A program made the position numbers and the translations under genes. From Candidatus Poribacteria bacterium (GTDB lineage Bacteria; Poribacteria; WGA-4E; WGA-3G): a stretch of 64,000 nucleotides of DNA. The stretch covers positions 27,233-91,232 of the forward strand of contig CBDBFU010000010.1 in assembly GCA_965205025.1 (NCBI GenBank), in the 5' to 3' direction. The notes under the pieces are model-generated. The model saw only the letters and a program-made list of their open reading frames with translations, was not told where the DNA came from and searched no databases. Positions 52,019 to 62,206 of this stretch are shown in pieces (the first letter of the stretch is position 1; each line of letters starts with the position of its first letter).

Positions 52019-52027
52019 AAAGTCTCC

Positions 52028-52597
52028 TTATTCAAATAGTTGTATCACTGGACAAGAAAATCCTTCAATCACATCTTCACCCGTCAATGTGTCATTTTGT
52101 GTAAGTATCTGAATCACTGTTTCTGAACGATATACCGTTACTGTTTTAGTAACAGGTTCGATAACCCACACAAGTTGTGTACCTGCTTCCAAATATGCCA
52201 ATGCTTTTTGAGCTACTTTAGATTGAGAATCGGAACGAGAAACTACCTCAATAGCGATATCTGGTGGTATTGAAAATGCTGTCTCCCGTTCTTCAGGTAA
52301 ACGTGTTGCGGATATAAACGCTACATCTGGTATTAGTATACGGTCCCCAATCTGGAATCCTGTGTCTGATGTATAGACGCGTCCTAACTGATTTGTTCGA
52401 ACATGTGACTGCAAATACCATTGAATGTTAGAGCTAATATCCCCATGTTCACCTGAAGTCGGTGGCATTAGAAGTAATTCTCCATCCCAGTATTCAAATC
52501 CTTCTAAATCGCACTCAAGAAATTCTTTTAAAGTCATCCCATCGTACTCCGATGGAAGGACTTCCTGATTAAATTCAGCAGTAACTTGTGTATTCAT
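52028..52597 (-). CDS. Uma2-family endonuclease
   Basis: PDVAF, PDIAIEVVS, YLEAGTQLVWVIEP. Confidence 0.9.
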   Translation of the reverse strand: MNTQVTAEFNQEVLPSEYDGMTLKEFLECDLEGFEYWDGELLLMPPTSGEHGDISSNIQWYLQSHVRTNQLGRVYTSDTGFQIGDRILIPDVAFISATRLPEERETAFSIPPDIAIEVVSRSDSQSKVAQKALAYLEAGTQLVWVIEPVTKTVTVYRSETVIQILTQNDTLTGEDVIEGFSCPVIQLFE

Positions 52598-52631
52598 ATC
52601 ATTCCTCCATAACTGCGTATTTAGAATTATT

Positions 52632-53201
52632 TTATTCAAATAGTTGTATCACTGGACAAGAAAATCCTTCAATCACATCTTCACCCGTCAATGTATCATT
52701 TCGTGTAAGTGTCCGAATATCGGTTTCTGAACGATATACCGTTACCGTTTTCGCAATAGGTTCGATAACCCACACAAGTCGTGTACCTGCATTCAGATAT
52801 GCCAATGCTTTCTCAACAATATCATATTCTTGTTCTGTTGGTGAGACAACTTCAACTGCTAAGTCCGGTGGTACAGGTGATGATTGTCGTCTGTTGTCAG
52901 GTAAACGTTCTTTTGTAACAAAAGCAATATCCGGTTTCACCACACGGTCTGCTAACTTAAAGGTTGTATCTGAGGGATATAATTGTCCTAATTGTTTTTC
53001 ACGGATATATGTCCCTAAAGGTAATATAAGACTCATGCTTATTTCACCATGCTCCATAGTAGGTGGTGGCATCGGTATTAATTCTCCTGCCCTGTATTCA
53101 AATCCTTCTAAATCACTCTCAAGAAATTCTTTTAAAGTCATCCCATCGTACTCCGATGGAAGGACTTCCTGATTAAATTCAGCAGTATCTTGTGTATTCA
53201 T
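52632..53201 (-). CDS. Uma2-family endonuclease (tandem paralog)
   Basis: PDIAF, PDLAVEVVSP, YLNAGTRLVWVIEP. Confidence 0.9.
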   Translation of the reverse strand: MNTQDTAEFNQEVLPSEYDGMTLKEFLESDLEGFEYRAGELIPMPPPTMEHGEISMSLILPLGTYIREKQLGQLYPSDTTFKLADRVVKPDIAFVTKERLPDNRRQSSPVPPDLAVEVVSPTEQEYDIVEKALAYLNAGTRLVWVIEPIAKTVTVYRSETDIRTLTRNDTLTGEDVIEGFSCPVIQLFE

Positions 53202-53281
53202 TTTATTTTACCTATATTGTTTGTTTTATCCCTATAACTTTGCTATAATATTTCTAATTCCATATTGTAGGAGAATACATC

Positions 53282-54109
53282 ATGGCATACGCACTTGAAG
53301 ATGAATTTGGTGATATAATTGGTAAAGCACGACGTGGACAGAACATGTCTCAGGGTGAAGTCGCAGAGGCATCAGAAATCACTGAGTCGGATCTGTCTCG
53401 TATGGAAAAGTATACCTTAAAACCAACAGAGTCGCAAGTATATAAACTCGCTGAAGTGCTCAATTTAGACGGCGGAAAATTGCTTGCAATTGCTACTGAA
53501 CAGTGGGAACCCCTCCCAGAACAACAACCCCCGAAAGCACAACTTGATGTCGTCACAATTAGTGCTCCTGTCGGTGGTTGGCCAGTCAATGCATACCTCT
53601 TAATATGTAAAGCAACCGATGAGGCTGCCATAATCGATACAGCTGCACATCCTGAAATTATCTTAGAAGTTCTTGACACACATAAAGTTAACCCTACTGC
53701 CATCCTCTTAACACATTCACATGGGGATCATACCAATGGTTTACCCCAGCTTCAACGTGCCACGGATTGCCAAACATATATCCATAAAAACGAACCTAAA
53801 CCTCAGACCGACACCGATCTAAAAGAACTGGTACACTCAGATGTAATAAGTATAGGTCAACTCATGGTCACTGTCGCTGATACACCTGGACATACCCCAG
53901 GTGGTTGCAGTTTTGTAACCCAGACAGCTGCTTTCGTTGGAGATGCAATTTTTGCGGGATCAGTCGGTGGTCCCAACATCTCTTATGAAGATGAGATTAA
54001 TAGTGTACGCGATAATATACTTTCACTTCCTGATGACGTACGTCTATTCCCGGGTCACGGTCCCCCGACAACAGTTGGTGAAGAAAAATTACATAATCCG
54101 TTTTTCTAA
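53282..54109 (+). CDS. XRE HTH + metallo-beta-lactamase-fold hydrolase
   Basis: ARRGQNMSQGEVAEAS..LSRME HTH; THSHGDH, TPGHTPG, GD, PGHG. Confidence 0.88.
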   Translation: MAYALEDEFGDIIGKARRGQNMSQGEVAEASEITESDLSRMEKYTLKPTESQVYKLAEVLNLDGGKLLAIATEQWEPLPEQQPPKAQLDVVTISAPVGGWPVNAYLLICKATDEAAIIDTAAHPEIILEVLDTHKVNPTAILLTHSHGDHTNGLPQLQRATDCQTYIHKNEPKPQTDTDLKELVHSDVISIGQLMVTVADTPGHTPGGCSFVTQTAAFVGDAIFAGSVGGPNISYEDEINSVRDNILSLPDDVRLFPGHGPPTTVGEEKLHNPFF

Positions 54110-54163
54110 ATCCCGCCTCCTAAATGAAGATCTTCTGTAACAGTAGGTTGTGAGGCTTATATA

Positions 54164-55186
54164 TTGCTATCCTATCTAATCCAACGTTTCCTCTCCATCG
54201 GTCTATCACTCCTTGGAGTATCCCTTCTTGTTTTCTTTATGGTGCATTTGATTCCGGGTGATGCGGCACTCACCATTGCCGGGGAACGCGCAACTGAAGA
54301 AATTCTCACCCAACTGAGAGAAGATATGGGTTTGGATAAACCGCTGTATCAGCAATATGCGAAATACCTTTGGGATCTTGTCAGACTCGATTTGGGACGT
54401 TCATTTAAGTCAAAACAAAATGTCATAGATGAAATAAAACAGTATTTTCCTGCCACCGCAGAATTAACCCTTGCAGCAATGATATTTTCTATTCTATTTG
54501 GTATTACTGCGGGAATCATTGCAGCTGTTTATCGTGGTAAATTCTTAGACTATATATCTATGACCACATCTCTCGCTGGCATATCAATGCCTATCTTCTG
54601 GTTAGGGTTGATGTTAATTTTACTGTTCTCCTATTACTTCAAGATCTTCCCCGCAACAGGCCGTTTGGATCCGATCCTAAGTTTAGACATTAACACACCT
54701 ACCGGATTCTACCTTATTGATACCTTACTTGCAGGAAACTTTACAGCATTTAAAGACGCGGTAAAACACCTGATACTCCCAGCCATTACATTAGGCACAA
54801 TTCCATTGGCTATAATTGCTCGGATGACACGTTCAAGCCTGTTAGAGGTGTTGAACCAACCCTACATCACCACTGCTTATGCTAAAGGACTATCAAAGTG
54901 GGCAGTTATAATCAGACACGCCTTAAAAAACAGTATGGTCCCTGTATTAACAGTCATCGGTCTTGAATTTGGATATCTTATGGGTGGTGCTATATTAACA
55001 GAGCATATCTTCTCATGGCCAGGTCTTGGGTCATGGCTACGTGATTCCGTTGAAGCTCGGGATGTCAGAGCGGTGCAGGGTGGCGTGCTTTTCGTATCCG
55101 CGCTCTTTATGTTCGTCAATCTCATTGTTGACCTGTTATATGCATACTTTGATCCGCGTATCCGAGTAGGAGATGAAGCACAATGA
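54164..55186 (+). CDS. Peptide ABC transporter permease (DppB-like)
   Basis: PATAEL, SMPIFWLG, TAYAKGL EAA loop. Confidence 0.92.
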   Translation: MLSYLIQRFLSIGLSLLGVSLLVFFMVHLIPGDAALTIAGERATEEILTQLREDMGLDKPLYQQYAKYLWDLVRLDLGRSFKSKQNVIDEIKQYFPATAELTLAAMIFSILFGITAGIIAAVYRGKFLDYISMTTSLAGISMPIFWLGLMLILLFSYYFKIFPATGRLDPILSLDINTPTGFYLIDTLLAGNFTAFKDAVKHLILPAITLGTIPLAIIARMTRSSLLEVLNQPYITTAYAKGLSKWAVIIRHALKNSMVPVLTVIGLEFGYLMGGAILTEHIFSWPGLGSWLRDSVEARDVRAVQGGVLFVSALFMFVNLIVDLLYAYFDPRIRVGDEAQ

Positions 55187-56037
55187 ACATACCGACTGCC
55201 CCCACAGGACAACAACAGATCATACGTAAATTATTACGACATCCGTCAGCTACAATCGGTGCGACAATAATTCTCTTTTTCCTTCTTGTCGCTATATTAG
55301 CACCGTTGATCGCAACCCATGATCCGATGAGAACGAATGTAGCAATGCGACTTAAAGGTCTTTCTGGAGAGCACTACCTTGGTACCGACGGCACAGGACG
55401 GGATATTTTTAGTAGGATAATATACGGTTCACGTATATCGTTAAAAGTCGGTTTGATTGCCATGACCTTTTCTCTGGGGTTTGGTACACTGTTCGGTGCA
55501 ATCGCTGGTTATTTTGGTGGATGGCTTGATAACCTGATAATGCGTGTGATGGATATGATGCTTGCCATGCCGAGTATATTACTCGCTATGGTAATTGTAA
55601 CTATCTTAGGTCAAAGTTTAACCAATGCCATAATAGCGGTGTCAATTGTCTATATTCCACAATATGCGAGGATTCTGCGCGCCTCTGTTCTGAAAGTTCG
55701 GGAGTTGGATTATGTTACGGCTGCAAAGGTTATTGGTGCCAGTGACACCCGTATTCTTCTAACGACTGTTCTACCCAATTGTATTGCACCATTGATAGTC
55801 CAAGCCACATTAGGTATCGGTGCAGCAATCTTAGATGCTGCAGGACTCAGTTTCCTCGGACTGGGGGCAGAAGTTGGTGTACCGGAATGGGGTGCAATGC
55901 TCAATGAAAACACAAAGTTCATACGGAAAGCACCCATAGCGGTTACTGCTCCCGGAATAGCGATTTTTCTTATTGTTTTAGGTTTCAATCTACTTGGAGA
56001 TGCATTGAGAGATGCACTTGATCCACAAATAGATTAA
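55183..56037 (+). CDS. Peptide ABC transporter permease (DppC-like)
   Basis: LGTDGTGRDIFSR, LSFLGLG, FNLLGDALRDALDP. Confidence 0.92.
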   Translation: MNIPTAPTGQQQIIRKLLRHPSATIGATIILFFLLVAILAPLIATHDPMRTNVAMRLKGLSGEHYLGTDGTGRDIFSRIIYGSRISLKVGLIAMTFSLGFGTLFGAIAGYFGGWLDNLIMRVMDMMLAMPSILLAMVIVTILGQSLTNAIIAVSIVYIPQYARILRASVLKVRELDYVTAAKVIGASDTRILLTTVLPNCIAPLIVQATLGIGAAILDAAGLSFLGLGAEVGVPEWGAMLNENTKFIRKAPIAVTAPGIAIFLIVLGFNLLGDALRDALDPQID

Positions 56038-56046
56038 GGTCTTACT

Positions 56047-57093
56047 ATGTTTAAACCTGAATTCAGTTATACACACACCATCGTTAAAAACCTAATGGAT
56101 ATTGAAGGTGCAAAAGAGGTTATAGAGAATTCTCCTATCCTACCTATTTGGCAATCACGACTCCAGAAAGATGCATTAATTCGTCAAGCACACCATACCA
56201 CACGGATTGAGGGCACACAACTTACTATAGAACAGGTTCGAGACCTGATTGATGATAAACCTGTTGTCGCACGGGAACGAGACATACAAGAGGTTCGCAA
56301 TTATTTGAAGGTTGCTGCTTTCATAGATGAAGTCTATGGCGATCCTGATATGGAACTTGATCTCCGCACGATCCGACATATACATTACTTGATACTTGAT
56401 GGAATTGAAGATGGTTATGAACCGGGGGAATTCCGTAAAATCCAGAATTATGTCGTAAACAACAAAACTAAAGAAGTGGTCTACACACCACCCCCCGCTT
56501 CTGAAGTACCAATTCTCATGCTTGAGTTGGTGGATTGGTTGCGATCCGACAATGCAAAGCAACTGTCTCCTTTACTAAAGAGTGGTATTGCACATTACCA
56601 GTTGGTTACAATTCATCCGTTTCTTGATGGTAACGGTAGAACAGCACGCGCGCTTGCCAACCTTATACTCTATCATTCAGGTTACGACATAAAGAAACTC
56701 TTTTCGCTCGAAGAATATTACGACCTGAATCCTGCGGATTACTATGAGGCTTTGCAAAGTGTCCGAACAACAGGCGTCCTCACAACGTGGTTGGAATATT
56801 TTACTGCTGGCATTGCCACAGAAATGCAGAAAATAAAAGAATTAGTGCTTACGCACAGTAGGGATAGGGCTTTACGAGATAAAATAGGACAAGTCGCTAT
56901 TACCGAACGGCAACTCAAAATCCTTGCTTATGTTGAAGAACATGGCCGTATTACAAACCGTGAACTCCGAAACCTTGTTCAACTTTCAAACGCTTCAGCC
57001 TACCACGAATTAACAACCTTAGTGGAAAGTGGATTATTGAGAAAATGTGGAAAAGCCCGCGGAACCTATTATGCCTTGGTTAATGATTTCTAA
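56047..57093 (+). CDS. Fic family protein with C-terminal wHTH
   Basis: HPFLDGNGRTAR; RIEGT; ITNRE..ELTTLV..G..GRARG-type wHTH. Confidence 0.92.
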   Translation: MFKPEFSYTHTIVKNLMDIEGAKEVIENSPILPIWQSRLQKDALIRQAHHTTRIEGTQLTIEQVRDLIDDKPVVARERDIQEVRNYLKVAAFIDEVYGDPDMELDLRTIRHIHYLILDGIEDGYEPGEFRKIQNYVVNNKTKEVVYTPPPASEVPILMLELVDWLRSDNAKQLSPLLKSGIAHYQLVTIHPFLDGNGRTARALANLILYHSGYDIKKLFSLEEYYDLNPADYYEALQSVRTTGVLTTWLEYFTAGIATEMQKIKELVLTHSRDRALRDKIGQVAITERQLKILAYVEEHGRITNRELRNLVQLSNASAYHELTTLVESGLLRKCGKARGTYYALVNDF

Positions 57094-57251
57094 CCGATTA
57101 TGGTTAATGATTACGCCATAAACCCATACTATATAAGACTTTACAGCGGTTAATGATTCGGTTGATGATTTTTTCTGTTTTTATTTAATGATTCCGCTTT
57201 CATGCCTTACTATTACAGCGTTTAGGAAGGTTGATGATTTAGTTGATGATT
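57078..57251 (+). repeat. Array of seven (GG)TT(A/G)ATGATT direct repeats
   Basis: Copies at ~57078, 57102, 57148, 57160, 57185, 57229, 57241. Confidence 0.75.
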
Positions 57252-57387
57252 TGAGGTTACATTACTAATTTCGGTGGGTGTGTAAAGTTTATGCCATATA
57301 GGCGTCAATTTAGAATATATTTCTTTATAGAATATGTCTACAAACCTACTATTGCTATAACATAACAAGTTATCATACATTAAATGT

Positions 57388-57516
57388 AGTCCCGTAGGGA
57401 CGGAATGTCTATAGAAAAACGGGGATACCCTATAATTGAGTCCCGTAGGGACGGAATGTCTATAGAAAAACGGGGATACCCTATAATTGAGTCCCGTAGG
57501 GACGGAATGTTTATAG
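57388..57516 (+). repeat. 51-bp tandem repeat, 2.5 copies
   Basis: agtcccgtagggacggaatgtctatagaaaaacggggataccctataattg. Confidence 0.9.
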
Positions 57517-58085
57517 CACCTGTAATGCGGCACCACTTTTTAGAAATGGTATTATCCGTGTGATAGATGCAATCAATAGAGAACTAACGATACCGACATT
57601 ACGATGTCTCCTCACGCCAGATGAAGTTAAAAAAATAAAATAGGTAATTTGGACCCAGAGCTGGTAGGTGCGGTTTCCCGGGGAATGCCTTATGGCATTC
57701 ATACCGTTGATTCACCGCACCGGATTCTACAAGAAACTGGAAATTACCCGAATAAATTCTTTAACTTCATGAGGCGTGATATGTCTATAGAAATAAGAGG
57801 CAGACAACCCGCACTCCAACGGAGTGCTATGTAAATATGTCTGCTTTGGACATAAATACGCTTTTCAGTGAGTTATACCGATGCACGCCGTAAGATTGAC
57901 AATATTGTTTTTGATATATTAGAATTAACACCAGGGGAATGTGACGGAGTTTACGAAGCGGTCACACAACTTGTAACAACTCGCTTGGAAAAGGCAAAAA
58001 CGTGATTCGATTTAGACGTTAAAATGTGGAAATCATTGACAACCTAAAGAAAATATGATGTATTATAATCAGAAGGAGAAACGCA

Positions 58086-58664
58086 ATGAAACCGATATTG
58101 TTTTTCATATTAATATTCGGAATAATTACTTTGCCTGCATTGGCAGATTTAACGTCTAAGGATTTTGATAAAATCCGCTTGATTGTCAAAGAGGAAGTTA
58201 AAACGGAGATCACCACAGTTAAGCAGGAACTCAAAGCGGAGATCACCACAGTTAAGCAAGAACTCAAAGCAGAAATTGCAAAAAACGCTGAAAAAATTGA
58301 CACGTTAGATACACGGTTCGAGAAGGTAGAGCAAAGTGTTGCTTGGATGCGCGGCAATCTTGATAAAGTTCATCAACAAACGGCATGGATAATCGTACTA
58401 ATTATTGTAGCAATAGGTATCCCGCAGATTATTGTTATACCATTTCTGGTAATTAAAGCCCCATTAATGAAATCTCTTTAATGTAGCACAAACTTCCAGT
58501 TTGTGTAGTATTTCAAGACATAAATATCACCTAATCATGGGAAAATCATTTATAGAAATGGTATTATATGGCGTAGTAGAAAGGATCGCGTGATGGAGAA
58601 ACAGATTGAAAACCTCACACGTGAAATAGAAACACTGAAGCAACAACGTATTGTAAATCCGTGA
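58086..58664 (+). pseudogene. Paralog of 28725 protein, disrupted by MITE
   Basis: Removing 58438-58563 and one TTA restores ...PQIIVIWRSRKDRVMEKQIENLTREIETLKQQRIVNP*. Confidence 0.88.
58438..58563. mobile_element. MITE, TACCATTTCT..AGAAATGGTA family (TWA target)
   Basis: TTA duplication; carries gtagcacaaac..gtttgtg hairpin. Confidence 0.9.
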
Positions 58665-58667
58665 TAA

Positions 58668-58765
58668 TACCGTACCCTAAAAACAGACGAATCCCGCTCC
58701 TGCAACCCAACTGGAGAAGATGATATCCTCATTATCCACGGCGACAACCTACACCCCTCAAGGTA
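58668..58765 (+). pseudogene. Remnant of a type III Mod-like DNA methyltransferase N-terminus
   Basis: YRTLKTDESRSCNPTGEDDILIIHGDNLH resembles the NLIIHGDNL motif. Confidence 0.55.
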
Positions 58766-59414
58766 TTGGCTTGTCTGTCGAGTTCCGGACAATAGGCAGT
58801 ATACATATTGCCTTCTTTCCAAATTTCTTCAGTTAAGACGGGTATATAAAGTTTATGGCATTAACAAGCATTAAATGAAACGGATCAAACATTTTTAAAT
58901 TAAATTGAAGAAAACACCCATCAATAACAACTAACATACATATATCACAAAAACAGAAAAACATATTAAGAATATCTGTCAAAATGAAAAAATTAAGGGT
59001 TAGAACACAAACTAAAAACTAATGACTATCTATAAAAACGATCCTAATTACAAAGTCACATATACGTCAAAAAAGTATACCTTTTTAACCGTTGGAAATG
59101 TCAAAATCAGAATGGAGAAAAAGAACACAAACCACACATTTTAGAAATTCTTATAAAGTCAATTCAAAGTGGAGTAAAGCCACTCTATGACAGGGGTTAC
59201 AGGGGTAATTTACACCAATTTCAATGTCACACCGTGTGACAAAAAGTGTAACTTTTTTCATGTTTTCGACCCATAGACTCATGCAACAACAACACGATAT
59301 ACTGTCCGAGTATTTAGGATTAAATGTCTGTTTTCAGACCAATTTTCTGTATGCATATTAGGATTAAATCTCTGTTTTTATGTCTTTTTTTTTATTCAAT
59401 TTTCTATATCAAAA

Positions 59415-59650
59415 ATACCGTACTCCAAAGGAGTACTATGTCTATAGAAAACTCAACACACAATTAAGTTATAGCATAATTAACGTATGTGATTCACGGA
59501 AAATTGGTCTAATTGAAATTATAAACCCTTATAGAATAAGGGTTCGTAGAATTGCTCCGTGAAGGTTTCCGTGAAAGTGCTATCATTTCAAAACGATAGA
59601 TATTAACACTTTTTTACATTCACATTATCCATTCATCCAATAAATTAGGT
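59415..59650. repeat. Dispersed ~200-bp repeat, copy 2 (inverted relative to 21301-21515)
   Basis: gattcacggaaaattggtct..aaacccttatagaataagggtt..ctccgtgaaggtttccgtgaaagtg. Confidence 0.8.
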
Positions 59651-59866
59651 GTTCGATCTCACTTTGAAGCATGAGTAACATTGTTTGTAAAATGATTCTT
59701 GAGATATATATTGGTATCCACATACTATAGCAGCGTTATGTTTAGGGACAAAACTTTACATACCCCAATTTCGGTTGCTTTCAATTTTAATTTACATTAC
59801 AATGCTATCAGAAAATTACAGATAATAATCGTATGTCAATACAGAATATATAAGGTAAAATTTGAT

Positions 59867-60331
59867 ATGAATATCCTTGTCCTTCATGGACCAAATCTAC
59901 ACCTATTGGGCAAACGCCAACCAGAAATATACGGACACCAAACATTGAACGATATTAATGGTGCACTGGATCAGTTTGTTGCAACATCTCCTCACGATGT
60001 AGTCCTAAAAATAAAACAATCTAACCATGAAGGTGAACTTGTTACAATTATCGGGGACCACATAGACTGGGTAGATGGTATTCTCATCAATCCTGCAGCC
60101 TACACGCATACCAGCATTGCAATTCGGGACGCGCTCTCAACTGTCGGCGTGCCAGTTGTTGAAATTCACCTTTCCAATATATATGCTCGTGAAGAATTTC
60201 GACACCATTCCTATATTTCTGGCATAGCAGTGGGTGTAATAGGGGGTTTCGGAGCATATAGTTACGTTCTTGCCTTAGAAGCAATGATACATATTTTAGG
60301 GCCCCATACAACAGATATAGAAAATAAATAG
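59867..60331 (+). CDS. aroQ: Type II 3-dehydroquinate dehydratase
   Basis: LHGPNLHLLGKRQPEIYG, QSNHEG, INPAAYTHTS, EIHLSN..REEFRHHS. Confidence 0.95.
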   Translation: MNILVLHGPNLHLLGKRQPEIYGHQTLNDINGALDQFVATSPHDVVLKIKQSNHEGELVTIIGDHIDWVDGILINPAAYTHTSIAIRDALSTVGVPVVEIHLSNIYAREEFRHHSYISGIAVGVIGGFGAYSYVLALEAMIHILGPHTTDIENK

Positions 60332-60361
60332 TCAATACTGAACCAACTAAAGGAATTACTT

Positions 60362-61507
60362 GTGGCAGAAAACCCTTTCATACCTTTTAGTCGACCATGG
60401 ATTGATGAAACAGAAATCGAAGCCGTTAGCCAAGTTCTGGAATCCAAATGGATAAGCACAGGAGCAAGAGTTCGTGAATTTGAACGTGCATTTGCAGAAT
60501 ACCTTGGTGCCAAACATGCAATCGCAGTTAGTTCGTGTACTGCAGCATTACATCTAAGTCTTGTTGTGAGCGGTATCGGTATTGATGACGAGGTTATTAC
60601 AACACCCTATACTTTTACCGCTACTGCAGAAGCCATCCGATATGTCGGGGCAAAACCTGTTTTTGTTGACATTAACCCAGAAACCCTAAACATTGATGTC
60701 AACACAATAGAAAATGCCATTACTCCTAACACTAAAGCGATCATGCCTGTTCACATTGCAGGACTTCCGTGTGATATGGATTCCTTAAAGCAGATCTGCA
60801 GAACACACGATCTTCTATTACTTGATGATGCAGCACATGCTATCCCCACAGTATATAAGGGAGAATATATTGGTGGGATAGGAGACCTATCATCCTTTAG
60901 TTTTTATGCGAATAAAAATTTGACGACAGGTGAAGGTGGTATGATTACTACCAACAACGATTCACTTGCAGAACCCCTCAGAACAATGCGTCTACATGGT
61001 ATTGATAAAGACGCATGGTCACGACAGTCCCGCCGTAGTATTTGGCGATATGACATCACAACTGAAGGGTATAAATACAATATGACGGATATACAGGCTG
61101 CAATGGGATTATGTCAATTGATGAAATTGAATAAACAGCATGAACGACGTACTAATTTCTCACAAATATACCACCAAGAGTTAGCAAAACTCCCACAAAT
61201 ATCCACTCCATTTGTACCAGATAACACAATCCAGCATGCATGGCATCTTTACATCATCCAACTCAACCAAGTAGACCGTGACACATTTGTTGAATCCATG
61301 CGAGAAGAAAACATTGAATGTAGTGTCCACTATATTCCACTACACCTATTTGAGTTTTATCAGAAACAGTACGGATATAAGGCGGGGGATTTTCCTTGTG
61401 CTGAAGAAGTGTTTGAACGTGTGGTGAGTTTACCCCTTCATCCAGGAATGACAGAATCTGACGTTTATAGAGTAATTGAGACAATCGGTAAAATTCTTTC
61501 TAAATAA
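60362..61507 (+). CDS. DegT/DnrJ/EryC1/StrS aminotransferase
   Basis: SSCTAALHL, DDAAHA, SFYANKNLTTGEGG, GYKYNMTD. Confidence 0.93.
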   Translation: MAENPFIPFSRPWIDETEIEAVSQVLESKWISTGARVREFERAFAEYLGAKHAIAVSSCTAALHLSLVVSGIGIDDEVITTPYTFTATAEAIRYVGAKPVFVDINPETLNIDVNTIENAITPNTKAIMPVHIAGLPCDMDSLKQICRTHDLLLLDDAAHAIPTVYKGEYIGGIGDLSSFSFYANKNLTTGEGGMITTNNDSLAEPLRTMRLHGIDKDAWSRQSRRSIWRYDITTEGYKYNMTDIQAAMGLCQLMKLNKQHERRTNFSQIYHQELAKLPQISTPFVPDNTIQHAWHLYIIQLNQVDRDTFVESMREENIECSVHYIPLHLFEFYQKQYGYKAGDFPCAEEVFERVVSLPLHPGMTESDVYRVIETIGKILSK

Positions 61508-61619
61508 TACCATTTCTGATAATTAATGCCTCTTTTAATGTAGCATAAACTTCCAGTTTGTGCAGTTTTTCAAGACATGCATAAAAACTGTTCATGGGAT
61601 ATACTTTTTAGAAATGGTA
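61508..61619. mobile_element. MITE, TACCATTTCT family
   Basis: TAA duplication; gtagcataaac..gtttgtgc hairpin. Confidence 0.85.
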
Positions 61620-61639
61620 TAAGATATGGCAACCACACC

Positions 61640-62206
61640 ATGTCATACATCATGTCAAACGAAACACTCTACCAAATCATACCTAACAAGGTATGCCTAT
61701 CATGTGATGTGTGCTGTCGTTTTTTAGAGTCGGATAGTCCGCTTGCACCCATTTTCACCAAACGAGAAACAGAAAAAGCAATTACCCACAACGCGGATCG
61801 TTCTCTCTTCATACCTCAACAAGATGGGAGTAGTTCACAGATAGCATTAAAGCCGTATAAAGATTATTATATCTGTCCCTTTTTTAAACCTGAAACGAGT
61901 GAATGTTCAATATACAACTACCGTCCTCTTGATTGTCAACTATATCCATTCACACTAATGTTTACTGAAGATAGGAGTAAGATTGTTTTAGGTATAGATA
62001 TGCTCTGTCCCTATAGTGAGGAACATTGGGAAACAGAAAGTTTCAAGCAGCATCTACAACACATTATCAATTATGTTGAATCGGATGAAATTTTATCACA
62101 GATATCATCGAACTGGTGTCTGATTGGTGATTATCAGGACACAGTACAAGTGTTTCACACACTCAATCATGAATTGATTCATGCATCTACATCCTCTGAC
62201 AATTGA
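61640..62206 (+). CDS. YkgJ-family cysteine-cluster protein
   Basis: CLSCDVCC, CPFF..CSIY..RPLDCQLYPF. Confidence 0.85.
   Translation: MSYIMSNETLYQIIPNKVCLSCDVCCRFLESDSPLAPIFTKRETEKAITHNADRSLFIPQQDGSSSQIALKPYKDYYICPFFKPETSECSIYNYRPLDCQLYPFTLMFTEDRSKIVLGIDMLCPYSEEHWETESFKQHLQHIINYVESDEILSQISSNWCLIGDYQDTVQVFHTLNHELIHASTSSDN

Noticed and set aside
57388-57516. CRISPR array
   Set aside because: The sequences between palindromic units are identical, so this is a 51-bp tandem duplication; no cas genes
57222-57834. Short ORFs 57222..57536, 57511..57702, 57649..57834
   Set aside because: Translations of REP/MITE and tandem repeats
59699-59866. N-terminal extension of aroQ (likewise the extensions at 49766-49819 and 61577-61639)
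   Set aside because: Upstream of the conserved start and RBS; the latter two read through MITE sequence
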